A DNA stretch of 34,697 bases from Bacillota bacterium (GTDB lineage Bacteria; Bacillota; Dethiobacteria; Dethiobacterales; Dethiobacteraceae): NCBI GenBank assembly GCA_012800215.1, contig JAAZJT010000072.1:1-34697 (forward strand), read 5' to 3'. This document shows, in pieces, positions 24,040 through 33,492 of this stretch. Numbering within the stretch: position 1 is the first letter of the stretch; the number at the start of each line of letters is the position of its first letter. A model generated the notes under the pieces. That model was given only the letters and a program-made list of their open reading frames with translations, did not search any database and had not been told where the DNA came from. A program made the translations under genes and the position numbers.

Positions 24040-25416
24040 ATGGAAGAGCGAGTAGCAATTATTTTGGCTGCTGGCGCCGGTAAGCGAATGAAGTCTGATC
24101 GGCCTAAGGTGCTGCATTCAATCTGTGGTTTGCCAATGGTAAAGCATGTGGCCAATGCTGTCAGCAGTGTATGTGCGAAAAAGATAGTTGTTATTGGTTA
24201 TCATGGTGAGCAGGTTAAAGCGGCACTTGGAGATACTGTACAGTATGCTGAACAAATGCACCAATTGGGAACGGGGCATGCAGTTATGCAGGCTGTACCG
24301 TTACTGCCGGAAAAAGGGCTTGTGGTGATAGTGTGTGGCGACACTCCCTTATTGGAAGCAGCTACCATAGAAAAGCTGCTGGCGGATTTTCAGCAGTCAC
24401 AGGCTGCAGCTACAATTTTAACGGCTAATGTTCCGGATCCTTTTGGTTATGGGCGCATTGTTCGTGACGAGAGAGGCCAAGTATGTAAAATTGTTGAGGA
24501 GAAGGATGCTGCTGATAAAGAGCGTTTAATTCAGGAAATTAATACCGGTACATATATTTTTGATATAAATGCCTTAAGAGAGTCATTGGCAAATCTTGAT
24601 AATAAAAATGCCCAGGGTGAATATTATCTGACTGATTGTATTGCATATTTGATTGCACAAAAGCAACTGGTTACTACCAGCATATTAGCTGATTACCGGC
24701 TTGCCATGGGCGTAAATGACCGGCGCCAACTAGCTGAAGCACAGGCGTTAATGCAAAACCGTATTAATAATAAATTAATGGCTAATGGTGTCACTTTGGT
24801 TGATCCACAAACAACATATGTGGATGTAAATGTTGTGGTTGGCAGGGATACTGTAATCATGCCAAATACCATGCTAAGAGGGACGACAATTATTGGTGAA
24901 GGCTGTGAAATAGGCCCTAATACTGAGTTGACAGATTGCCAGGTTGGTAATGAAGTTTCTATTCGCCATTCTGTGGCTACAGGGAGTATACTAGAAGATG
25001 GCGTAACTGTAGGACCATTTGCGCACCTCAGACCGGAAACAGTGCTGCACCGTGGTGCTAAAATTGGTGATTTTGTTGAAATAAAGAAGTCACAAATAGG
25101 AGAAAACAGTAAAGTTGCTCACCTTACTTATATTGGTGATGCTCAAATTGGCAGTGGAGTTAATATGGGTGGCGGTATTATCGTGGTAAATTATGATGGT
25201 CGTAAGAAACACCAGACAATTATTAAGGATGGAGCTTTTGTCGGCTGCAATAGTAATTTGGTAGCACCCGTTACTATAGGAGAAGGCGCTTTTGTCGCTG
25301 CTGGCTCAACTATAACCAAGGATGTGCCGGCAGGATCGTTATCGCTGGCACGAGCCTTGCAGGTTAATAAAGAAGGTTTGGCCAAAAGATATTTGGCGCA
25401 AAAAGAAGAAGAATGA
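24040..25416 (+). CDS. glmU: Bifunctional UDP-N-acetylglucosamine pyrophosphorylase / glucosamine-1-phosphate N-acetyltransferase
   Basis: 458 aa with LAAGAGKRMKSDRPKVLH at the N-terminus and a C-terminal left-handed beta-helix of hexapeptide repeats. Confidence 0.95.
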   Translation: MEERVAIILAAGAGKRMKSDRPKVLHSICGLPMVKHVANAVSSVCAKKIVVIGYHGEQVKAALGDTVQYAEQMHQLGTGHAVMQAVPLLPEKGLVVIVCGDTPLLEAATIEKLLADFQQSQAAATILTANVPDPFGYGRIVRDERGQVCKIVEEKDAADKERLIQEINTGTYIFDINALRESLANLDNKNAQGEYYLTDCIAYLIAQKQLVTTSILADYRLAMGVNDRRQLAEAQALMQNRINNKLMANGVTLVDPQTTYVDVNVVVGRDTVIMPNTMLRGTTIIGEGCEIGPNTELTDCQVGNEVSIRHSVATGSILEDGVTVGPFAHLRPETVLHRGAKIGDFVEIKKSQIGENSKVAHLTYIGDAQIGSGVNMGGGIIVVNYDGRKKHQTIIKDGAFVGCNSNLVAPVTIGEGAFVAAGSTITKDVPAGSLSLARALQVNKEGLAKRYLAQKEEE

Positions 25417-25494
25417 TTGGAAAGGCAGGAATAATGTTCCTATTAAGCGAACTTAAAGCAGTTATTATTAGCGATACAGTCAGGAGGGTAAGGT

Positions 25495-26436
25495 GTGTAT
25501 AAAAGGAAAAAACTTCACGTCTTCAGCGGCACAGCAAACTCAGCACTAAGTGAAGAAATAGCAAAGCACATCGGTATTTCCTTGGGACAAGCAGCCGTTA
25601 AAAGGTTTAGCGATGGCGAAATTAATATTTATATCGGAGAAAGTGTACGCGGTTCAGATGTCTTTATTGTCCAGCCCATCTGTTGCCCAGCCAATGAAAA
25701 TCTAATGGAGTTACTTATTATGATGGATGCCATGAAAAGGGCATCAGCAAAAAGTATCAATGCAGTTTTGCCTTACTATGGTTATGCTCGGCAGGACAGA
25801 AAGACGCGGGCCAGAGATCCGATTACTGCCAAATTAGTTGCAGATTTATTGACAACTGCTGGGGCTAGCAGGGTGATTACAATGGATTTGCATGCCGGGC
25901 AAATTCAGGGATTTTTTAATATCCCGGTTGATCACTTAAAAAGCTTGCCAATACTAGCAAATTATTTTCAGCAAAAGAATTTTCAGGATGCTGTGGTGGT
26001 ATCACCTGATGTAGGTGGTGTAACAAGGGCCAGGGAGTTAGCAGAACGCCTTCAATTACCCATTGCCATTATTGACAAGAGACGTCCAGAGCCGAATGTA
26101 GCGGAAGTAATGCATATTATTGGCAGCGTCGAGGGTAAAACAGTAATTATGATAGATGACATTATTGATACTGCCGGCACCATTACCTATGGCGCACAGG
26201 CTCTGATTGACCACGGTGCGACAGAGGTTTATGCATGCTGTACACATCCTGTCTTGTCCGGGCCGGCGCTTGAGCGTATAGAAAATTCACCTATTAAGGA
26301 AATTGTAGTTACTAACACTATTCCTTACACAGGTGAGCCAAGCAGTAAAATTAAAGTTTTATCCGTTGCGACTTTAATAGGTGACGCAATCATTCGTATT
26401 CATGAAGAATTATCAGTTTCTAAGCTCTTTGATTAG
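25495..26436 (+). CDS. prs: Ribose-phosphate pyrophosphokinase
   Basis: 313 aa with a GTG start after GGAGGG. The motifs [18 protein letters not shown] and the PRPP loop [10 protein letters not shown] are present. Confidence 0.95.
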   Translation: MYKRKKLHVFSGTANSALSEEIAKHIGISLGQAAVKRFSDGEINIYIGESVRGSDVFIVQPICCPANENLMELLIMMDAMKRASAKSINAVLPYYGYARQDRKTRARDPITAKLVADLLTTAGASRVITMDLHAGQIQGFFNIPVDHLKSLPILANYFQQKNFQDAVVVSPDVGGVTRARELAERLQLPIAIIDKRRPEPNVAEVMHIIGSVEGKTVIMIDDIIDTAGTITYGAQALIDHGATEVYACCTHPVLSGPALERIENSPIKEIVVTNTIPYTGEPSSKIKVLSVATLIGDAIIRIHEELSVSKLFD

Positions 26437-26442
26437 CCTAAT

Positions 26443-26472
26443 TTGACTGAGCAGAGAAAATTAGGGTATAAT
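26443..26472 (+). promoter_or_regulatory. Candidate sigma-A promoter for rplY/ctc-pth
   Basis: TTGACT (26443-26448), an 18-nt spacer, then TATAAT (26467-26472). Confidence 0.45.
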
Positions 26473-26512
26473 ACCAGAGTATTTAGTTTGAACAGGAGAA
26501 GGAGGATGAATC

Positions 26513-27142
26513 ATGGAGCGTATGCAAATCATAGCAAAGCCGAGGGCAACTACAACCAAGGGCCAACTCCGCGAGCTGCGGAAAAAAGGCTATGTACCCG
26601 GCGTGGTTTACGGCAGAAATAATGATCCCATATCTATTATGGTTGAAAGTAAGGATATTGTTGCTGTTTTAAATTCACCCTCAGGTGCTAATACATTAAT
26701 AGATTTAGAGGTTGACGGCAGTAAAGCAACAGTTTTGTTAAAAGAGCTGCAGAGAGATGTGCTGCTGGCAGATCGCTTTATTAATGTTGATTTTATGCGT
26801 ATTTCTTTACTTGATAAACTAGAGGTTCAAGTACCGGTTGTCTTAACGGGTGAAGCAGTGGGGGTAAAGGAAGGCGGCGTTTTGCAGCAGTTATTACGAG
26901 AGATAACATTAAAATGCCTTGCCACCAATATTCCCGAACAGCTGGAATTAGATATTTCAGAGCTTGCTGTGGGTGAGAGTCTGGCAGTAGCAGATTTGCC
27001 TGTGCCAGAAGGTAGTGAGATTATTACTGATGCAGCAGAAATTGTGGTAACTATCGGTGCGCCACGTCTGGCAGAAACTGAAGAATCAGAGGAAGGCGAG
27101 GCAGAAGCTGCTGCAGATGACGATGTTACAGCAGAAGAGTAA
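26513..27142 (+). CDS. rplY: 50S ribosomal protein L25 / general stress protein Ctc, long form with an acidic tail
   Basis: 209 aa with LRELRKKGYVPGVVYG and DFMRISL motifs and a C-terminal ETEESEEGEAEAAADDD tail. It sits between prs and pth. Confidence 0.93.
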   Translation: MERMQIIAKPRATTTKGQLRELRKKGYVPGVVYGRNNDPISIMVESKDIVAVLNSPSGANTLIDLEVDGSKATVLLKELQRDVLLADRFINVDFMRISLLDKLEVQVPVVLTGEAVGVKEGGVLQQLLREITLKCLATNIPEQLELDISELAVGESLAVADLPVPEGSEIITDAAEIVVTIGAPRLAETEESEEGEAEAAADDDVTAEE

Positions 27143-27153
27143 TAGAGGTCACC

Positions 27154-27720
27154 ATGTTTATTCTTCTTGGTTTAGGTAATCCTGGTCCACGATATGCATT
27201 GTCGCGTCATAATGTTGGTTTTCGTGTGGTAGACCACATAAGTGGAGCGGCTAAAATTCCGCTTTACAAGGTAGGCTGCCATGCTTTTTGGGGTAAAGGT
27301 ATTTGGGCGGGACAAACCGTGGTGCTGGCTAAGCCTATGACTTATATGAATAATAGCGGTAAAGCGGCTGCAGCTCTTTGCCGCTACTTTGGTGTTTCAG
27401 CGGCCTCATTGCTTGTTATCTATGATGACCTGGATCTGCCCCTCGGGACACTGCGCTTACGGCAACAAGGCGGGAGTGGCGGGCATAACGGTATAAATTC
27501 ATTAATTTATAGTTTGCAGACGGAGCAATTTCCCCGTTTGCGTATTGGTATAGGTCGTCCTGCAGACAGGAATGATGTGGTAGAGTATGTTTTATCTTCT
27601 TTTTCTGTAGAAGAAGAAGATATGTTGGTATCTGTTCTGGAAACTGCAGTACAGGCATCTAAGCATTTTATCCTGGAAGGTATAGGAGCAGCGATGAACC
27701 GCTTTAATAAACGTGGTTAG
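27154..27720 (+). CDS. pth: Peptidyl-tRNA hydrolase
   Basis: 188 aa with LGNPG..Y..SRHNVGF, NNSG and GGHNG motifs. Confidence 0.95.
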   Translation: MFILLGLGNPGPRYALSRHNVGFRVVDHISGAAKIPLYKVGCHAFWGKGIWAGQTVVLAKPMTYMNNSGKAAAALCRYFGVSAASLLVIYDDLDLPLGTLRLRQQGGSGGHNGINSLIYSLQTEQFPRLRIGIGRPADRNDVVEYVLSSFSVEEEDMLVSVLETAVQASKHFILEGIGAAMNRFNKRG

Positions 27721-27736
27721 ATAATAGATTTTTTTA

Positions 27737-27763
27737 AAAACCTGCACTTGTGCAGGTTTTTTT
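27737..27763 (+). terminator. Rho-independent terminator
   Basis: AAAACCTGCA / TGCAGGTTTT stem with loop CTTG and a T-run. Confidence 0.85.
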
Positions 27764-27842
27764 ATCTGAGAGGGAATTATATCAACCTTGAATTGCTTTC
27801 TTTTAAAAACGTGAAGCTGTTCCCTAGAGAGGCTTGTGCAAT

Positions 27843-27871
27843 GTATAAATTAGTCATTTTGTTGAATAATA
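27843..27871 (+). promoter_or_regulatory. Weak candidate forespore (sigma-F/G-like) promoter for the membrane protein-fin pair
   Basis: GTATA (27843-27847), then 14 nt, then ttgAATAATA (27862-27871), compared with GYATA-N15-GGnRAYAMTW. The GG is missing. The geometry relative to the RBS GGGAG (27886-27890) and ATG 27897 is sensible. Confidence 0.25.
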
Positions 27872-27896
27872 AGATATAAATCTACGGGAGCATGCT

Positions 27897-28283
27897 ATGA
27901 ATTGGTTGCTGGCCGGCCTTGTAGCTGCGGGCATTGCTTATTTGCTGAATCAGTTCACTTATAGGCTGTGGCAAAAATATACTATTATTGGGGCTGTGCC
28001 GCTAATAGAAGAAGTTGCCAAAACAATGACGGCTTATTTTTTTGGTGCTGACTATTTTTATACACACTTTATATTTGGTGTAATAGAGGGTTCGCTCGAT
28101 GCCCTTGCTGACCATGGAGGTTGGCTGCCTGCACTATCTGCAGTGTTTGCTCATAGTTTATTAGGGTGGGTTACTGAAAGGGTCATCAATGAAACAAATA
28201 TGCTAGGAGCAGGAATTCTGGCAGCCATAATTGTGCATATAGTCTGGAATATAGCTTTGCTCTTTCGTACGGCCAAGAGGTGA
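27897..28283 (+). CDS. Small polytopic membrane protein with PrsW/CPBP-type protease motifs
   Basis: 128 aa with 4-5 hydrophobic segments. Ordered motifs are E38-E39-x-x-K42, F60-x-x-x-E64, H86 and H114-x-x-x-N118. Confidence 0.55.
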   Translation: MNWLLAGLVAAGIAYLLNQFTYRLWQKYTIIGAVPLIEEVAKTMTAYFFGADYFYTHFIFGVIEGSLDALADHGGWLPALSAVFAHSLLGWVTERVINETNMLGAGILAAIIVHIVWNIALLFRTAKR

Positions 28284-28287
28284 GATT

Positions 28288-28515
28288 GTGCTTATAGTAT
28301 GGGAATGCAGCAATTGTCATCAGCAAATATGGCTGGAGGCACGGGAAGACAGTCCGCATGTAGCTGCGTTGACGGCACAAGCAGGCGACGATATAATAGA
28401 AATTGACCAAGCAGGAAATTTAAGAGTACGCCTTTTATGTGAAGGCTGTTGGGAAGCAGCTGAACAAAGAGATGAGAGTGAGATTGTTTTTTTACAGAAA
28501 CCAATGCTGCATTAG
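28288..28515 (+). CDS. fin: Fin (YabK) family anti-sigma-F factor, a zinc-binding RNAP-binding protein
   Basis: 75 aa with a GTG start after AGAGGTGAG. It has two CxxC pairs (ECSNCH ... LCEGCWEA), a size like B. subtilis Fin, and the same position between pth and mfd. Confidence 0.75.
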   Translation: MLIVWECSNCHQQIWLEAREDSPHVAALTAQAGDDIIEIDQAGNLRVRLLCEGCWEAAEQRDESEIVFLQKPMLH

Positions 28516-28540
28516 TTGTCAAACTATTGTAAGCATGTAA

Positions 28541-28576
28541 ACAGGCCTTGCCCGAACAAGGTCTTCTTTGTGTTTT
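28541..28576 (+). terminator. Possible weak terminator or attenuator between fin and mfd
   Basis: AGGCCTTG (28541-28548) / CAAGGTCT (28555-28562) with one G-U pair, followed by tctttgtgTTTTTg. Confidence 0.35.
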
Positions 28577-28602
28577 TGTTAATGATAACCGGAGGCTTAG
28601 TA

Positions 28603-31600
28603 ATGAAAAATATAGCTGTTGAAATAGCGGCGATGCCGCAACTAAAAACAATTTTGGCGGGCTTAGAAAAGGCAACACATAGTCAGCTACTTTATGGTGT
28701 CGATGGCAGTGCAAGGCATATGGTGATGGCTGCCATACGCAATCATACACACAGGCCGCTGTTGATTATTACAGCAGATTCCCTGCAGGCTAATAAAATT
28801 TATGAGGACTTATTAGCTGCCTTGGGGGAAGATGATGTTTTTTTGTTCCCAGGAAAGGAACTATTATACTATTATGATTTGTACTCAGAAAGCGGAGATG
28901 CTTCAGCACAGCGAATTAATGTAATGAAGCAATTAGCCATGGGAAGGCGCATTGTTGTTGTTACGAGTGTTTTGGGGTTAATTGCTAAGATGTGCCCATT
29001 TACGCCATGGCAAAACACTTGTTTTAATGTGCAAACAGGTCAGGAACTTGATTTAGAGCAGTTGGTATCCAGACTGATGGGTGCCGGTTATGAACGTGTT
29101 GAAATGGTAGAGGTGCCCGGCCAGCTTTCCGTCCGGGGAGGAATACTTGATGTTTTCCCCATGGGAGAAACCTTGCCTGCCCGTTTGGAGTTTTTTGGTG
29201 ATTATATAGATTCTATCCGTACTTTTGAGCCTCAGACCCAGCGTTCTGCCGGTTCTCTATCTTCTCTGCAATTAGTTCCGGCAAAGGAATTAGTGATAGT
29301 GCCGGCAGCCCGGCAGCAAGCCATTAAATTGCTGGAGGCAGAACAAAAACGACTGAAGGATCAGGTTCAGAAAACTGATAATCTGGAGCGATTACTGGAA
29401 AAGTTAACGGAACATTTAGAAAAAATTCGCCACAATATATATTTTCCCAGTATAGAACAATATCTGCTTTACTTTTATTCTCAGCCGGCAGGATTGCTGG
29501 ACTGGTTCCCAGAGGATACACTGCTTTTTTTAAATGACCCGTTACGCTGCCAACAGGCAGTGGAGCAGCTTGCCAATGAATTGGGGGAGATGCAAAGCAC
29601 TCTTTTTGCCCAGGGAGAGCTTTTAGCGCAGCAAGTAGAATTAACTTGGGCTTATGAGCAAATACTAGCAAAAACTAAAAAACAAATTATAGCTTTTTCT
29701 GTATTTACACACAAAGGAAGCCTTGTTAAATATAGGCAGGCAGTGTCATTATCTGCAAAACCGGTGCCGCGCTTTTTGGGGCAGTGGGATCTTTTTACTC
29801 AGGAAGTGAATCAGTGGCGCCAGCAGGGATACCGCGTAGTTATTCTAACTTCATCACGTCAACGCAGTTCCGGCATCATTGAAATATTAGCGGAGCATCA
29901 GATACCAAGTGTATATATCTTATCGCAGCCTAATCTTGTGCCCCGCAGCGTTACCTTAATACATGGTGCTTTGGAGAGTGGTTTCGTCTTACCTGAAATT
30001 AAACTGGCTATTCTTACTGAGCAGGATATTTTACCGCAAAGGAAAAAACAGCGGCGTTTAAAGCAAAAGGAAGGTATCCGCGTAGGTGATTATCATGAAC
30101 TGCAAGTCGGTGATTTTGTAGTCCACGAGCAGCATGGGATTGGTCAGTATTTAGGTCTGCGTACACTAGAAGTAGGCGGCATTGCGCGTGATTATCTCTA
30201 CATTCAGTATGCCGGTAATGATAAACTATATATTCCCATTGAGCAGCTCGATGTAGTCCGCAAATATATTGGCGTTGAAGGGAAGCGTCCCAAACTATCA
30301 TCTTTGGGCGGCGGTGAATGGAGCCGCATTAAAGCACGCGTACAGGCGTCGGTTCAGGAGTTGGCTAAGGAGCTTTTAGCCCTTTATGCGGCACGTGAGA
30401 CGGAAGTGGGACACGCATTTTCGCCGGATAGTAATTGGCAGCAAGAGTTTGAGGATACTTTTGATTTTGAAGAAACACCTGATCAGTTACAAGCTATTAA
30501 AGAAATAAAAGCAGATATGGAAAAAAGCCGGCCTATGGACCGCCTGTTATGCGGAGATGTGGGCTATGGTAAAACAGAAGTAGCTCTGCGGGCTGCTTTT
30601 AAGGCCATTATGGACGGAATGCAGGTGGCATTTCTTGTTCCCACCACTGTTCTGGCGCAGCAGCACTACCATACTTTTACGAAACGTTTGGCAGGTTTTC
30701 CTGTGCATGTAGGTATACTAAGCCGTTTTCAGAGTCAAAAAGAGCAAAAAGCAACAATCCAAGGACTTAAAGATGGCACAATAGATTTAGTGGTAGGGAC
30801 GCATCGGATTCTTTCCAAAGATGTTCGTTTTCGTAATTTAGGCTTACTAGTTGTTGATGAGGAACAGCGTTTTGGCGTTCGGCATAAAGAAAAAATAAAA
30901 ATGCTGAAAAAAAATGTTGATGTACTGACAATGACTGCTACCCCTATCCCACGTACTTTGCATATGTCATTGGTGGGCGTTCGTGATATGAGTGTAATAG
31001 AAACACCGCCGGAAGATCGTTATCCTATTCAGACATATGTTTTAGAGTACTCTGACACACTAATTCGTGAAGCTATTGTGCGGGAAATGGGGCGCGGCGG
31101 CCAAGTTTACTTTGTCCATAATCGTATCCAATCAATAGATAAATGGGCTGCCCGATTACGTAAGCTGGTTCCTGAAGCGAAAATTGCCATTGGTCATGGG
31201 CAGATGCCGGAAGAACAACTGGAAAAAGTAATGATTGGTTTCATGGATGGCGAATATGATGTCTTGTTGTCTACAACCATTGTGGAAGCCGGTTTAGACA
31301 TTCCTAATGTGAATACAATTATTATCCATGATGCTGATAAATTTGGCTTGGCCCAACTTTATCAGCTAAGGGGGCGTGTTGGCCGTTCAAACCGCATTGC
31401 TTACTGCTATTTAACCTATCAAAAAGATAAAGTTCTCACTGAAGTGGCGGAAAAACGTCTGCAGGCAATAAAAGAATTTACAGAGTTGGGTTCAGGTTTC
31501 AAAATCGCTCTGCGGGATCTGGAAATTCGTGGCTCTGGTAATATTTTGGGGCCAGAACAGCATGGGCATATGATGGCTGTAGGTTTTGATATGTATGTAA

Positions 31601-32124
31601 AGCTGTTAGAAGATGCCATCCGTACTTACAAGGGAACAAAAGAAGAGAAAAAGCCTCTGGTGCGTATTGAGGTGCAAACCAATGCTTATTTACCTGCCAG
31701 TTATATATCAGATACAAGGCAAAAAATAGTTTTCTACCAAAAAGTAGCTTCTGTACAGCACGAAGAAGAAATACAAGAGGCAAGGGCAGAGCTTTGTGAC
31801 CGTTACGGTCCTTTGCCGGTAGCGGCAGAAAATTTGTTGCGTGTTACACAAATTAGGTTAATGGCAGAGGAGCTGTCAATAACCGCCATCACAGAGGAGC
31901 GAAGTGAATTACAGCTTCATTTCACTGCACAGCCAATTTTTAATGCCAATCAGCTGCTGACAGTTGCTAAACGACATCAAGGTCGCCTGACTACCGATAT
32001 GGCAAAACATTTTATCTTGGCAATAAGGAAGCAATTTAAAAACGATGAGCAAAAATTGTTATATCTTCTGGAACTCTGTCGGGAATTAAAGCGCATAGCG
32101 GCTTTAAAACAGAACACTAAGTAA
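28603..32124 (+). CDS. mfd: Transcription-repair coupling factor
   Basis: The frame opens at 28516, but the ATG at 28603 lies 7 nt after GGAGG and gives a normal Mfd N-terminus. It has a UvrB-homology N-domain and an RNAP-interaction domain (GDFVVHEQHGIG). Superfamily-2 helicase motifs are GDVGYGKTEV, DEEQRFG, TATPIPRT and QLRGRVGRS, and a TRG/D7 C-terminus is present. Confidence 0.96.
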   Translation: MKNIAVEIAAMPQLKTILAGLEKATHSQLLYGVDGSARHMVMAAIRNHTHRPLLIITADSLQANKIYEDLLAALGEDDVFLFPGKELLYYYDLYSESGDASAQRINVMKQLAMGRRIVVVTSVLGLIAKMCPFTPWQNTCFNVQTGQELDLEQLVSRLMGAGYERVEMVEVPGQLSVRGGILDVFPMGETLPARLEFFGDYIDSIRTFEPQTQRSAGSLSSLQLVPAKELVIVPAARQQAIKLLEAEQKRLKDQVQKTDNLERLLEKLTEHLEKIRHNIYFPSIEQYLLYFYSQPAGLLDWFPEDTLLFLNDPLRCQQAVEQLANELGEMQSTLFAQGELLAQQVELTWAYEQILAKTKKQIIAFSVFTHKGSLVKYRQAVSLSAKPVPRFLGQWDLFTQEVNQWRQQGYRVVILTSSRQRSSGIIEILAEHQIPSVYILSQPNLVPRSVTLIHGALESGFVLPEIKLAILTEQDILPQRKKQRRLKQKEGIRVGDYHELQVGDFVVHEQHGIGQYLGLRTLEVGGIARDYLYIQYAGNDKLYIPIEQLDVVRKYIGVEGKRPKLSSLGGGEWSRIKARVQASVQELAKELLALYAARETEVGHAFSPDSNWQQEFEDTFDFEETPDQLQAIKEIKADMEKSRPMDRLLCGDVGYGKTEVALRAAFKAIMDGMQVAFLVPTTVLAQQHYHTFTKRLAGFPVHVGILSRFQSQKEQKATIQGLKDGTIDLVVGTHRILSKDVRFRNLGLLVVDEEQRFGVRHKEKIKMLKKNVDVLTMTATPIPRTLHMSLVGVRDMSVIETPPEDRYPIQTYVLEYSDTLIREAIVREMGRGGQVYFVHNRIQSIDKWAARLRKLVPEAKIAIGHGQMPEEQLEKVMIGFMDGEYDVLLSTTIVEAGLDIPNVNTIIIHDADKFGLAQLYQLRGRVGRSNRIAYCYLTYQKDKVLTEVAEKRLQAIKEFTELGSGFKIALRDLEIRGSGNILGPEQHGHMMAVGFDMYVKLLEDAIRTYKGTKEEKKPLVRIEVQTNAYLPASYISDTRQKIVFYQKVASVQHEEEIQEARAELCDRYGPLPVAAENLLRVTQIRLMAEELSITAITEERSELQLHFTAQPIFNANQLLTVAKRHQGRLTTDMAKHFILAIRKQFKNDEQKLLYLLELCRELKRIAALKQNTK

Positions 32125-32144
32125 CAAGATTAAGAGTAGCTAAA

Positions 32145-32175
32145 TGAATAAAAGAGTTATCCGCGATATATACTA
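32145..32175 (+). promoter_or_regulatory. Candidate sigma-G (forespore) promoter of spoVT
   Basis: TGAATA (32145-32150), an 18-nt spacer, then TATACTA (32169-32175), compared with GAATA-17/18-CATACTA. B. subtilis spoVT is sigma-G dependent. Confidence 0.45.
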
Positions 32176-32227
32176 TGATTAGAGGTTAAGACTGTAATTC
32201 TATGCAGAAAAAGGAGGGGAAGTCTGC

Positions 32228-32782
32228 TTGAAGGCAACAGGGATTGTACGCAGAATTGATGATTTAGGACGTGTAGTTATCCCCAAAGAGATTCGCAGGA
32301 CACTTAGAATCCGTGAGGGTGACCCGTTGGAGATTTTCGTCGACCGTGACGGTGAAGTGATCCTGAAAAAATATTCGCCAATAGGTGAACTTGGCGATTT
32401 TGCTCAGGAATATGCTGATTCTCTTTATGAAGCAATGGGGCATATTGCACTTATTGCCGATAGGGATACAATTATTGCCGTAGCTGGTGCGCCAAAAAAA
32501 GAATTTGTGAACAGGCCGCTTTCTCCTGCCGTAGAAAAAGTTATGGAAACCCGGAAGAGTATTCACATCAGCAATACTGCTGAGCATAAGTATTATCAGG
32601 AAGCAGAAGAAGATGGCGCTCCTAAATTTATGGAGGAGGTAATTGCCCCGATTATTTCCGCGGGTGATCCCATTGGTGCAGTTATTCTTGGCTCAAAAGA
32701 TGGCGATGCCAAGATGGGAGATTTGGAAATTAAACTTGTAGAAACAGCGGCAGGTTTTCTTGCCAAGCAAATGGAACAATAA
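32228..32782 (+). CDS. spoVT: Stage V sporulation protein T (AbrB-type N-domain plus GAF-like domain)
   Basis: 184 aa with a TTG start after AGGAGGGG. MKATGIVRRIDDLGRVVIPKEIRRTLRIREGDPLEIF is the SpoVT/AbrB swapped-hairpin signature. The gene lies downstream of mfd as in Bacillus. Confidence 0.93.
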   Translation: MKATGIVRRIDDLGRVVIPKEIRRTLRIREGDPLEIFVDRDGEVILKKYSPIGELGDFAQEYADSLYEAMGHIALIADRDTIIAVAGAPKKEFVNRPLSPAVEKVMETRKSIHISNTAEHKYYQEAEEDGAPKFMEEVIAPIISAGDPIGAVILGSKDGDAKMGDLEIKLVETAAGFLAKQMEQ

Positions 32783-32808
32783 GTAAAAACTAAACATGTT
32801 TACTTGAA

Positions 32809-32838
32809 GGAAGCAGTACTAAGTTGCTGCTTCTTTTG
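32809..32838 (+). terminator. Rho-independent terminator
   Basis: GGAAGCAG / CTGCTTCT stem with a 10-nt loop, followed by TTTTg. Confidence 0.6.
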
Positions 32839-32930
32839 CTTGCTGAAAGGGGTAATATTTTTATTTAATTGTAAAATTTGCTGTAAAATGTTATCCTGAT
32901 TAAAGAAACATGATCAAGGGAGGAGGATAT

Positions 32931-33347
32931 ATGTATCAGATTAATTTAATCGGCTTGTTGGTAAAGGATGTTGAGCAGACTATAGAATTTTATCAAAAAG
33001 CTTTTAATTTTCATGTGGTTAGTGGTAAAACGATAAACCCAAAGGGTGAAGCAAGAGCCTTTATCAGAGGCGGCAATATGATTTTGGAGTTGACCCAGCT
33101 TGTAGATGGCAAATCCGGCGCACTGGAAGGAGCAATTGGCCATATTGGTTTTTTTGTCGATGACCTGGAAAGTGAAATAGAAAGGTTAAAAAAATTGGGG
33201 ATTAAACTTGATTCTGATATTCCAGGACACATTCCTGTCAATCAAATTCGTAAGGTTCCTAATGGCCGCATCTTTTATTTTAGGGGCATTAATGATGAAT
33301 TGATCGGATTGATCCAGCTGGCAGAAGACAGCGCCTTTCGAAAATAG
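32931..33347 (+). CDS. VOC / glyoxalase-bleomycin resistance family protein
   Basis: The frame opens at 32910, and GGGAGGAGG favours the ATG at 32931. It has a betaabbb-type pattern with GHIGFFVDDLESEIERLKKLGI. Confidence 0.65.
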   Translation: MYQINLIGLLVKDVEQTIEFYQKAFNFHVVSGKTINPKGEARAFIRGGNMILELTQLVDGKSGALEGAIGHIGFFVDDLESEIERLKKLGIKLDSDIPGHIPVNQIRKVPNGRIFYFRGINDELIGLIQLAEDSAFRK

Positions 33348-33395
33348 TTCTAACTTTATCTTATGGCGGTAAAATTCATAATATTTTGATTTTGA

Positions 33396-33424
33396 TTGAC
33401 TTAAAGATACTGGAGTAATATAAT
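33396..33424 (+). promoter_or_regulatory. Near-consensus sigma-A promoter
   Basis: TTGACT (33396-33401), a 17-nt spacer, then TATAAT (33419-33424), about 70 nt upstream of the ATG at 33493. Confidence 0.55.
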
Positions 33425-33492
33425 TTTAGTAACAATTGGTGCTAATGACAAGCAAATAAAAAGCAAGCAAAACAAATGAAAGGAGCTAAGAA

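Noticed and set aside
26441-26472. Possible sigma-B promoter for ctc, because GGGTAT is present at 26464-26469
   Set aside because: The best GTTTAA-like element (aTTTGA) lies about 17 nt upstream, too far for the 13-15-nt sigma-B spacer. The same bases form a good sigma-A TTGACT-18-TATAAT promoter, and many clostridial-type genomes lack sigma-B.
27841-27879. 12-codon micro-ORF (MYKLVILLNNKI) with a GAGAGG-like upstream sequence
   Set aside because: It is too short and AT-rich to support, and it overlaps the more plausible promoter region of the downstream membrane-protein/fin unit. I cannot assess conservation.
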